Below, in pieces: positions 56,686 to 64,000 of a stretch of DNA of 64,000 nucleotides. The notes beneath the pieces were generated by a model. That model was not told where the DNA came from, made no database searches, and saw nothing but the letters and a program-made list of their open reading frames with translations. Origin of the DNA: an uncultured delta proteobacterium. GTDB lineage: Bacteria; Desulfobacterota; Binatia; UBA9968. The stretch's first letter is position 1, and each line of letters begins with the position of its first letter. The DNA is taken from contig CAVYTU010000017.1 of the NCBI GenBank assembly GCA_963771465.1, forward strand, positions 864,001-928,000. Reading direction: 5' to 3'. The position numbers and the translations under genes are program-made.

Positions 56686-57090
56686 ATGGCACGGATACGG
56701 CACATTGCGATCGGCACCCGGGATCCAGAGTCGACTGCGCGGTTTTACATGGAAGGCCTCGGCTTGAAGCAAGTCGGTAAGGTCAACACCCCAACCTCAG
56801 AGGGCTACTACCTGAGCGATGGCCACGTAAACCTGGCGATCCTGAAATTTAAATACGACGACCCTGCCACCACGGAGGGTGCCCCCAGGTACACCGGCCT
56901 GCATCACTTCGGTGTCGAAGTCGAGGACATGGCTGAGGCGCGCTTGCGGATCGAAAAGGCGGGCGCCGTGCATCGTCCTTACCCGGGAACCGAAGAGATG
57001 GCAAAGCGCGGCAACGTCGAGGTCAAGTTCACCGTGCCGGACGGCGTGACGGTTGACCTCTCCGAACACGGCTGGCTTGGCACCAAGTAA
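56686..57090 (+). CDS. VOC/glyoxalase family protein
   Basis: IRHIAI, LSDGHVNLAIL, GLHHFG, PDGVTVDL. Confidence 0.88.
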   Translation: MARIRHIAIGTRDPESTARFYMEGLGLKQVGKVNTPTSEGYYLSDGHVNLAILKFKYDDPATTEGAPRYTGLHHFGVEVEDMAEARLRIEKAGAVHRPYPGTEEMAKRGNVEVKFTVPDGVTVDLSEHGWLGTK

Positions 57091-57216
57091 TGAGCCAATC
57101 GCTTTTTCCGTACCAGATCGCAGATTCTCGACTGAGCGTCGCGCATTGAAGCAAAATTGTCCGAAGTCCTATGGACGCAACGTTAAAGTAGATTCAAGAG
57201 GGAAGTTAGGAGGTAA

Positions 57217-58467
57217 ATGAGAAATCGCAGCACATTGATTTTTCTCTTGGCGGGACTGCTGGTTGCGGCAACCGCTCCGGCACAAGTCACCGTCCTCAGT
57301 CGCGCTACTCTAGTTGACGGCACTGGCGCGCCGGCTCAAAGGGATATCACCGTCGTGATGGAAAACGGTCGAATTCGCGATATCGGGCCGGCGTCAAAAA
57401 CACCAGTCCCGACCGGTGCCAGCGTGCTCGATCTCAACGGGAAGTTCATCGTGCCGGGCATCATCAACGCCCACGGCCACGTCGGCGCGAAAACTGAGCC
57501 GCAGTTGCGCCAGTACGCGCTCTACGGCGTAACCACCGCGACCAGCATGCAGACCGATCCGGACGAAGTCGTACAGGTGCGCGAAGCGCAGAAGAAGGGT
57601 GAGTTGCGCGGCGCGAGGGTTTCCACGGTGAAGTATCGTTTCGCGCCTGATCCCGAAGTGGTGACACCGGAGCAGGCGCGCGCCAAAGTCGACCAAACCG
57701 TCGCTGCGGGCGCCGATTACATCAAGGTGTGGGTGGACGGGGGATTCGGCACACGGCCAAAACTCAGCCCCGAGTTTTGTGCAGCTGTCCTCGACCAGGC
57801 GCGCAAGCACGGCAAGCTCACCTTCGGTCACGCCTACGAACTCGCCGACGCGAGGATGCTGGTAGAGCGAGGCTTGAATATCCTTGGCCACAATATCCGC
57901 GACCGCGAGGTGGATGCGGATTTGATCGCGCTCCTCAAGCAGCGCAACGTGACACTAATTCCGACATTAATACGCGACGAATTTCTTTTTGCATACGGCG
58001 ACGCGCCGGCCTGGATCGACGATCCTTTCTTCCTTAAGTTCGTGCCGCCAGAGCGCGTGGCGGTGCTGAAGACTAAAATCCGTGCCGAGCAGGCGAAACA
58101 TCCCCAGCGCGCTTTGTTCAAAGCGGGCTTCGAGATGAACAAGTCCAATTTGAAGAAACTCTCGGATGGCGGGGTGCGCATCGCGTTAGGTACCGATAGC
58201 GGCGGTGCCGCCGACCGCTTTTTCATCCAGGGCTTTTCCGAGCACCGGGAGATGGAGTTAATGGTGCAGTCAGGCCTGACACCAATGCAGGTGATCCAAT
58301 CCTTTTCCAAGGGCGCCTCCGAGGCTTTGGGGATCGACAAGGATTTCGGCACGCTGGCCAACGGCAAGGCCGCTGACCTGCTGGTCCTGGAGAAAAATCC
58401 GCTCGACAACATAACCAATATGCGCTCGATACAGACGATTTATCTTGGCGGCAAGAAGTTCGAGTGA
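57217..58467 (+). CDS. exported amidohydrolase family protein
   Basis: signal peptide; PGIINAHGH, IKVW, LGTDSG, GTLANGKAADL. Confidence 0.9.
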   Translation: MRNRSTLIFLLAGLLVAATAPAQVTVLSRATLVDGTGAPAQRDITVVMENGRIRDIGPASKTPVPTGASVLDLNGKFIVPGIINAHGHVGAKTEPQLRQYALYGVTTATSMQTDPDEVVQVREAQKKGELRGARVSTVKYRFAPDPEVVTPEQARAKVDQTVAAGADYIKVWVDGGFGTRPKLSPEFCAAVLDQARKHGKLTFGHAYELADARMLVERGLNILGHNIRDREVDADLIALLKQRNVTLIPTLIRDEFLFAYGDAPAWIDDPFFLKFVPPERVAVLKTKIRAEQAKHPQRALFKAGFEMNKSNLKKLSDGGVRIALGTDSGGAADRFFIQGFSEHREMELMVQSGLTPMQVIQSFSKGASEALGIDKDFGTLANGKAADLLVLEKNPLDNITNMRSIQTIYLGGKKFE

Positions 58468-58773
58468 ATTAATTTTTTTGTCTATGAATCCGAGCCGCAG
58501 AGTTCGCTCGAATCGTAGAAGCGTTGTCATCCTAAATTCGTCCGTCGGAAGCCCTTAAAAATTTTTCCGCGTTCGCCCCAACCACTCGAGTGAACGCACT
58601 TGCCAGTGTCGCTTTCCACGCTCTAGTCGGCGACACGTTGCTGCTTTTTCTCACTCAATGTCCCAAACTCTCCATCGAGTCTATGGTCCGTGCGCCTCGC
58701 GCATCGCTTAGCAGCGAAATTGAGTTTGAAGCTTACATGTAAGACTTTATTACAATTTCTGTCCAAAATTTAT

Positions 58774-58871
58774 CGAATCGAATACCCCGGCGCCTACTAT
58801 AAAACGTCATGAACCGTGGCCAATCGCACCGTAATATCTTCATCGAAGACAAAGGGCGACAGACTTTTCTC
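58774..58871 (+). pseudogene. 5' fragment of a second RAYT-type transposase
   Basis: RIEYPGAYY / (frameshift) VMNRGQSHRNIFIEDKGRQTFL matches the N-terminus of the adjacent intact gene (RIEYDGALYHVTSRG...IF.DD.DR..FL). Confidence 0.75.
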
Positions 58872-58936
58872 GGTCACGAAGTAGGGTCAGGTCTTGAATC
58901 TTGATCTTCTCGATTGATTGACGTAGGGTCGTTGGC

Positions 58937-59785
58937 ATGGCGCGGCCATTACGGATCGAATACGACGGAGCGTTGTATCACGTCACCTCCCGGGGCAACG
59001 AACGCAAGGCGATCTTTAGGGACGATACCGACCGTCAGTTGTTCTTGAACACCCTGGCGCAGGTGATCGAGCGATTTCACTGGCTGTGCCACGCCTACTG
59101 TTTGATGGATAACCATTACCATCTGGTGGTGGAGACCGCCGATGCCAACTTGTCCAAAGGGATGCGCCAGTTAAACGGGGTGTATACCCAAACGTATAAC
59201 CGGCGCCACCGCCGGGTGGGGCATTTGTTTCAAGGGCGGTTTAAGGGGATTTTGATTCAGAAAGACAGCCATTTTCTCGAAGTCTGTCGCTACGTGGTGC
59301 TTAACCCGGTGGCTGCAGGCATGGCGAAGGGTCCTAGGGAATGGGCCTGGAGCAGCTATCGAGCCACCGCCGGTCAATCGCCGGCCTCAGGGTGTCTTAT
59401 GATCGACGAAGTGCTGGGGCAGTTTGGCAACCGGCGAGGATCGGCGCAGAACAAATATCGTCAATTTGTCAGCGAAGGGATCGGGCGAGCCTCGATATGG
59501 GAGAATTTAGAAGCGCAGAGTCTACTGGGGGAGGAAGGCTTCGCCGAAGCGCTCAAGGGGCATGTGAGAGGATATGAGAAGATCCAAGAGATCCCCAGAG
59601 GGCAGCGGCTGATCGGCCGGCCGACGCTTCAGAGACTGTTCGGCGCCAAAGACAAACAGAGATCGAAACGGGACCAGACGATTGCGAAAGCGGTCAATGA
59701 ACATGGTTATAGCCAGGTGGAGGTAGCGCATCATCTGAAGCTTCATTACTCGACGCTCAGCCGGATCGTCAAAAGGGCGCGGTAA
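58937..59785 (+). CDS. REP-associated tyrosine transposase (Y1_Tnp) with C-terminal HTH
   Basis: MARPLRIEY.GA.YHVTSRGN, YCLMDNHYH (HUH), GHLFQGRF, YVVLNPV, WSSY, C-terminal SQVEVAHHL..HYSTLSR. Confidence 0.93.
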   Translation: MARPLRIEYDGALYHVTSRGNERKAIFRDDTDRQLFLNTLAQVIERFHWLCHAYCLMDNHYHLVVETADANLSKGMRQLNGVYTQTYNRRHRRVGHLFQGRFKGILIQKDSHFLEVCRYVVLNPVAAGMAKGPREWAWSSYRATAGQSPASGCLMIDEVLGQFGNRRGSAQNKYRQFVSEGIGRASIWENLEAQSLLGEEGFAEALKGHVRGYEKIQEIPRGQRLIGRPTLQRLFGAKDKQRSKRDQTIAKAVNEHGYSQVEVAHHLKLHYSTLSRIVKRAR

Positions 59786-59812
59786 GTAAGTAAGCAAGCA
59801 AGTAAGCAGCAA
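59782..59812 (+). repeat. degenerate tetranucleotide repeat (GTAA/GCAA)n
   Basis: GTAA GTAA GTAA GCAA GCAA GTAA GCAG CAA. Confidence 0.8.
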
Positions 59813-59823
59813 GAGTAAAGACT

Positions 59824-59900
59824 TGACCCGTCTGTGCTGTTACCCTGTCTGTGCTGTCTGTGTGTGTGACCCTGTCTGTGGTGTGCTGTCTGTGGTGTGG
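59824..59900 (+). repeat. nested short direct repeats at the element right end
   Basis: 5x GTCTGTG; TGACCC/TTACCC at 59824, 59840 and 59867; GTGTG fillers. Confidence 0.85.
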
Positions 59901-59902
59901 TC

Positions 59903-60040
59903 CTGCGCCGACTGATGGGTACGCTCAATCCGAAGATTGCCAATGTGAAAGTCGAGGACCTAATCGATAGCCGCTTGATCCGCAAACTCGACGAGAATGG
60001 ATTCATCGATAAAATAGCCGCGAGCTACGGATTGAAATAG
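59903..60040 (+). pseudogene. 3' remnant of an SsuA/NMT1-type substrate-binding protein gene
   Basis: LRRLMGTLNPKIANVKVEDLIDSRLIRKLDENGFIDKIAASYGLK*, similar to the C-terminus of the 12716 SBP. Confidence 0.75.
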
Positions 60041-60061
60041 GCGTTGCTATGAGGTGCTGAA

Positions 60062-60970
60062 ATGGAAACAGTCGGCTTTATCGGTCTGGGTACCATCGGT
60101 GGCGTCATTGCCACAAACATTCGCAAGACCGGCAAGGCCATGGTCGTTCATGACGTTCGGTTAACCGCGATCAAACCATTGGTTGACGGCGGCGCACGCT
60201 ATGCGGCTGCGCCGGCGGAAGTCGCGCGCGAATGCGCGGTCGTGTTCACTTCGCTTCCCGGCCCAACGGAAGTCGAGCAAGTGGCGCTTGGGCCCGACGG
60301 CCTCGTGCATGGTGTTCACGACGGCACCATTTACGTCGATCTTTCGAGCAGCAGTCCGGATCTCATCCGACGAATCGCCGGCGAATTTCAACTCCGCGGC
60401 GCGCGCGTGATCGACGCGCCGTTGATTGTCGGTAAGCGCAGCATCGCTAACAAAAGCGTGCAGGTGCTGGCGTCGGGTGCTCCGGAAGTCTACGCGGAAG
60501 TGAAACCGCTGCTCGAAACTTTCGCCGACACGGTTGTTTACACCGGCGAACTCGGCACGGGCACCGTGATCAAGTTGGCGCACAATTTGGTTCGCCGCGG
60601 CATCGGTCTGGCCATCGGTGAAGGTTTGGTGTTGGGGGCAAAGGCCGGAGTCGATCCCGAATTACTTTGGCAGTGCATGCACTGGGGACTGGATGTTCAG
60701 CTGAGTCAGTTGGTGAAAACTTTTTCAGATACTGTCTTCAAAGGTAACTTTGATGCGCCAGCAAGCTTCGGCATTGGCCTCTCGCGAAAAGATGTTGGCT
60801 TGGCGACCGAGTTAGCGCGCCAGCATAACGTGCCGATGCCGATCGCCGCTTTGGTCGAACAGATCATGGTTCACGCGATCAGCCGCGGCTGGTCCGAGCA
60901 GAGCACGGCGTCGCTATTTCGCCTACAGGAAGAAGCCGCGGGTATCGAGGTGCGCAAGCGAACGAAGTAG
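60062..60970 (+). CDS. NAD(P)-dependent beta-hydroxyacid dehydrogenase (3-hydroxyisobutyrate DH family)
   Basis: VGFIGLG, TSLP, DAP, KLAHN, KDVGLA. Confidence 0.92.
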   Translation: METVGFIGLGTIGGVIATNIRKTGKAMVVHDVRLTAIKPLVDGGARYAAAPAEVARECAVVFTSLPGPTEVEQVALGPDGLVHGVHDGTIYVDLSSSSPDLIRRIAGEFQLRGARVIDAPLIVGKRSIANKSVQVLASGAPEVYAEVKPLLETFADTVVYTGELGTGTVIKLAHNLVRRGIGLAIGEGLVLGAKAGVDPELLWQCMHWGLDVQLSQLVKTFSDTVFKGNFDAPASFGIGLSRKDVGLATELARQHNVPMPIAALVEQIMVHAISRGWSEQSTASLFRLQEEAAGIEVRKRTK

Positions 60971-61034
60971 TTCGAATTCGCACCCTCACGGGCGACACGG
61001 AGGGACGCAGGGTCACGCATGTCGGGGAGCATTT

Positions 61035-61835
61035 ATGGATTTGCAGCTGCGCGATAAGAAAGCGATCATTACTGGCGGCAGCGCCGGAATGGGCAAAGCG
61101 ATCGCGCGCCAGCTCGCGCGCGAAGGGTGCGACGTCGCCATTGGTGCCAGGACGGAAGCACGTCTGCGCGAGGCAGCGATGGAAATCGCGCAAGAAACCA
61201 ACCGCAAAATCATTCCGCTGGTGGTCGATACGCTCGACGGCGAGTCGATCAAAGCTTTCGTTCGCAGCGCGGCGGGCGCGTTGGGTGGCATTCATATACT
61301 CGCCAATTGCGCCGCTCGCGTTGGCGGCACGATCCCGGACAGCATGGATACGATCACGGATGAGCAGATCGTGAAGGATTTCGAAGAAAAATTTCTCGGC
61401 TACTATCGCTGTGCCCGGGAAGCGGCGCCGTACATGAAGCAAGCCGGCTGGGGCCGGATTATCAACCTGAGCGGCGGCGCGGGGCGCACCCCAGGTACGG
61501 CGATCAGCACGCCGGCGCGCAATATCGCCAGCGTCGCGCTGACCAAATCTCTGGCGAATACGCTCGGACCGTTCGGCATCAATGTCAACGCCATTTATCC
61601 CGGCACGACGGTCACCGAGGCGGTCTTGGAGCGTTTTCGCAATCAAGCACAGCGTCAGGGCAAGACTCTCGATGCGCATCTCGAAGAGCTGCGTCAGCGC
61701 AGCGTGATTCGCCATCTGGTTAGTGCGGACGATGTTGCGCAAGTGGTGGCGTTTCTTTGCTCGCCGTTAGCGATCAGCATTACGGGGGAAGCAATCTCGG
61801 TGTCCGGCGGCGTCAACGCGGATATGCATTACTAA
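61035..61835 (+). CDS. SDR family oxidoreductase
   Basis: TGGSAGMG, GWGRIINL, INVNAIYPG, ITGE. Confidence 0.9.
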   Translation: MDLQLRDKKAIITGGSAGMGKAIARQLAREGCDVAIGARTEARLREAAMEIAQETNRKIIPLVVDTLDGESIKAFVRSAAGALGGIHILANCAARVGGTIPDSMDTITDEQIVKDFEEKFLGYYRCAREAAPYMKQAGWGRIINLSGGAGRTPGTAISTPARNIASVALTKSLANTLGPFGINVNAIYPGTTVTEAVLERFRNQAQRQGKTLDAHLEELRQRSVIRHLVSADDVAQVVAFLCSPLAISITGEAISVSGGVNADMHY

Positions 61836-61891
61836 AACTAACGGCTAGTTCTCGCGCAATGGTGCGCGGATTCCAAGGACGAAATCGGCTC

Positions 61892-62563
61892 ATGGCGAAA
61901 ACATTTAGTGCTGAACTGAAAGACGGTTGTGCCCCGATTTGGCGCGCGATTGAGAATCATCCTTTTCTCGTTGAGCTTCATGCCGGCACACTGCCGATGG
62001 AGCGGTTTACCTATTTCATCCTGCAAGATTACGTTTACTTGCTCGACTTCGCCCAAGTGCTCTGTCTGGGTGGTGCCAAGTCGCCGGATTTGGCAACGTT
62101 GGAATTATTTTGCCGCCACGCGCTTGGCGCGGTGGAAGTGGAACGGACCTTTCACGCGAATTTCGGCAAGACGCACGGCTTGTCGCAGCGCGAGCTAGAC
62201 AAGGTAGCCAAGGCGCCGGCGACGCAGGCCTATATCGATCATCTCCAATCGGTCGCGCGCGGCGGCACGCTCGGCGAGCTAGTTGCTGCGGTGCTGCCTT
62301 GTTATTGGATTTATGGTGAAGCGGGCAAGCGTCTGTACCGAAACCGCCCGCGCAGTCCGAAGATCTATCGCGAATGGATCGAGACTTACGCGTCGGAGGG
62401 TTTTTGGCGGCCGGTGCGTGAACAGATTCAACTTATGGATAGGCTGGGCGCCAAGGCAAATAAGAATGAAAAGCACCGCATGTCAGAAAACTTCGCCCTT
62501 AGCAGCCGATATGAATTCCTATTTTGGCAACAGGCTTATCGCACGGAACGCTGGCCGGTCTAA
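61892..62563 (+). CDS. tenA: thiaminase II (aminopyrimidine aminohydrolase)
   Basis: HPF, QDYVYL, LPCYWIY (catalytic Cys), WIETY, YEFLFW. Confidence 0.9.
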   Translation: MAKTFSAELKDGCAPIWRAIENHPFLVELHAGTLPMERFTYFILQDYVYLLDFAQVLCLGGAKSPDLATLELFCRHALGAVEVERTFHANFGKTHGLSQRELDKVAKAPATQAYIDHLQSVARGGTLGELVAAVLPCYWIYGEAGKRLYRNRPRSPKIYREWIETYASEGFWRPVREQIQLMDRLGAKANKNEKHRMSENFALSSRYEFLFWQQAYRTERWPV

Positions 62564-62730
62564 TACGTCAGATCGCTGAGACTTCTGTCAATTAGGGCGG
62601 ATTGCGGATGTCGAGCATTGCAACTAATTTCACATTTCTTCATAAATTGTCATGCCTACTCTCGCGATTGCTACTGGCACGGGGTTCCTATAGACTCTCA
62701 GTAGATCATGCCTTGACGCTAGTGGCGCGC

Positions 62731-62873
62731 AAGAGGGCGAAGACCGGATACGGATTCCTCACCGGCATGGACTGCGGCGTGAATGCCACGTCGAAATATT
62801 TCCCGGTCTTGCCTACCCCTCCCTCTTCCTATATCGGCAGGCGCTTCGACTTGTAGCCTGTATTCAGAGGGAG
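62731..62873 (+). promoter_or_regulatory. candidate structured 5' leader with alternative anti-RBS pairing
   Basis: AAGACCGG/CCGGTCTT stem; CTCCCTCT(T) can pair with AAGAGGG (62731) or with RBS AGAGGGAG (62866). Confidence 0.4.
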
Positions 62874-62877
62874 TCTT

Positions 62878-63420
62878 ATGCATCCAATTGTTATCGTTCT
62901 CGTGCCGCTGGGTTTGATAGTTCTCGGCATGGTGCTAAACAGTATCGGCCTGTCTTTCGATCAACCGGCAACTTCCGCAGAGCAAGACCCGACCAAAAGA
63001 TTGTCGATTGAACGTGATTCGTTCCGCCAGTTCTTCGATCGCCAGCGCAAAGCGTCGATGAAACGCCAGCAAAGGGTTGGCCAATACGCATGGCTGCTGC
63101 TGATCGTCACGATCGGCTCCTTCATTTGGTTCTACAACATCACGGTCGATAAAACCGCGCTTTCAAATCGCATCGCTTCGCTACAAACGCTTGCTTCCCA
63201 AGAAGGCAAGGAACTTGTCCTTTCGCTGACCTTGAGCGACGGTAATAACGTAAAGTACGTCATCAAACCGCCCCAGGCCGATAAAAAAACCGATGCCAGC
63301 GCGAAGGAAACTGTCGCCAAGGACACGGTTTCGTCCTGGGAATTAGAGAAACTCGGCACGGCGTTGAGCATCGGCGATATTGCCTTGCCGGTGGGCATTG
63401 CGCTAAAGATAGCAAATTAA
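62878..63420 (+). CDS. hypothetical membrane protein (2 TM)
   Basis: RBS AGAGGGAG; two hydrophobic segments. Confidence 0.7.
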   Translation: MHPIVIVLVPLGLIVLGMVLNSIGLSFDQPATSAEQDPTKRLSIERDSFRQFFDRQRKASMKRQQRVGQYAWLLLIVTIGSFIWFYNITVDKTALSNRIASLQTLASQEGKELVLSLTLSDGNNVKYVIKPPQADKKTDASAKETVAKDTVSSWELEKLGTALSIGDIALPVGIALKIAN

Positions 63421-63563
63421 GCGCGTCGGCTGCTTTAGAATTGCAACGTGGGGATTCTTTCGACCGATAGGCTTACGGCCTCGTCGTTTGATCAGCGGAC
63501 GATTTCGGTTCGACCGGACCGGCGCGCTCGCGGGAAGCGCTGAGCGACGAAGGAGTTTGACGG

Positions 63564-63854
63564 ATGATTGATTTGACTAAAAAGTTGTTCGTGGGAATCA
63601 AGATTTCAACCGCGTTGCAAACTGAATTGGACCGTCCGGCGCCAGGGTCCAAGCACTATTTCGAGGGCAGCGACAACAAAGATTATCTTCAGATCGTTAA
63701 CCTGGGCGAGGACAAATTTGTGGGCCGATACATTCAAGACGGATTTCCCGCGGCGGGTATCGGCGACGTCAGCCGCAACGTCTGTAGTATCGTGAAAATA
63801 ATCACCCGCGGCCGGCGCGTTGAGGATAAGGATGTCCACATTTTCGCGTCCTAA
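63564..63854 (+). CDS. hypothetical protein (96 aa)
   Basis: AAGGAG RBS; globular composition; no motif recognised. Confidence 0.7.
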   Translation: MIDLTKKLFVGIKISTALQTELDRPAPGSKHYFEGSDNKDYLQIVNLGEDKFVGRYIQDGFPAAGIGDVSRNVCSIVKIITRGRRVEDKDVHIFAS

Positions 63855-64000
63855 TTCGGCTGCGCGTTGGAAATGCCGTGCGAGGTATTGTTGAGCCCAT
63901 GGCAACACCCGACATTGAATCGGCCCCGGAGACTTATTTGCCAAGCTGCTAAGCTGTAAACATTTGGAGACTTTTTTCCTAACGGAGGTTTATATGATCG

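Larger units (their letters stand above)
58884..59829 (+). mobile_element. RAYT-type HUH/Y1 element bounded by 20-bp imperfect terminal inverted repeats
   Basis: left GGGTCAGGTCTTGAATCTTG (58884-903); right CAAGAGTAAAGACTTGACCC (59810-829); 17/20 complementary. Confidence 0.75.

Noticed and set aside
59824-59900. Possible mini-CRISPR array
   Set aside because: Units are 7-11 bp, irregular, with no unique spacers and no cas genes
61892-62563. TPP riboswitch upstream of tenA
   Set aside because: Only ~55 nt intergenic, and no CTGAGA...ACCTG aptamer motif seen
62675-62689. sigma54 promoter TGGCACG...
   Set aside because: The -12 element is not GC at the required GG-N10-GC spacing
62765-62800. 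ZTP (pfl) riboswitch-like GACTG...GTG..CCAC segment
   Set aside because: The required downstream CGCCTGGGC-type pseudoknot hairpin is absent; kept only as an unassigned structured leader

Overview
Bacterial chromosomal window, moderately GC-rich. Gene content and style resemble Candidatus Binatia / 'Deltaproteobacteria' soil MAGs (inference only). Contents in order: a sigma54-type promoter with a small ORF, rpoZ and an RpoH-like sigma; coxG-coxM-coxS with no large subunit; a UbiD decarboxylase; a dtd-trmL-NEW3 protein-ABC-2 exporter operon; lgt. Then a ~21 kb catabolic island (11.5-32.4 kb) with 3 amidohydrolases, 3 MmgE/PrpD proteins, 2 unanchored CapA-like proteins, 5 solute-binding proteins, 1 permease, 2 atypical SDRs, an LLM oxidoreductase and a cupin, but no ATPase or regulator. 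Then prkA-yeaH-spoVR-aroE, an RfaH-like factor, an orphan PDZ/TM/GAF histidine kinase and VOC/ferritin-like/FAH genes. The strongest novelty candidate is at 44.6-48.2 kb: three apparently exported proteins carrying normally cytoplasmic nucleotide-handling folds (zeta-toxin-like P-loop kinase lipoprotein, ParB/Srx-like toxin domain, degenerate CYTH plus NHL propeller) and a hidden 37-aa ORF. The remainder holds a TPP enzyme, an RpoD paralog, a RAYT-type HUH transposase bounded by 20-bp terminal inverted repeats with a repeat tail and truncated neighbours, tenA, and a candidate RBS-switching RNA leader at 62.7-62.9 kb. Several single-base +1 frameshifts are probably assembly errors. No rRNA, tRNA or CRISPR array was seen. 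All family assignments come from motif recognition by eye, not database searches.
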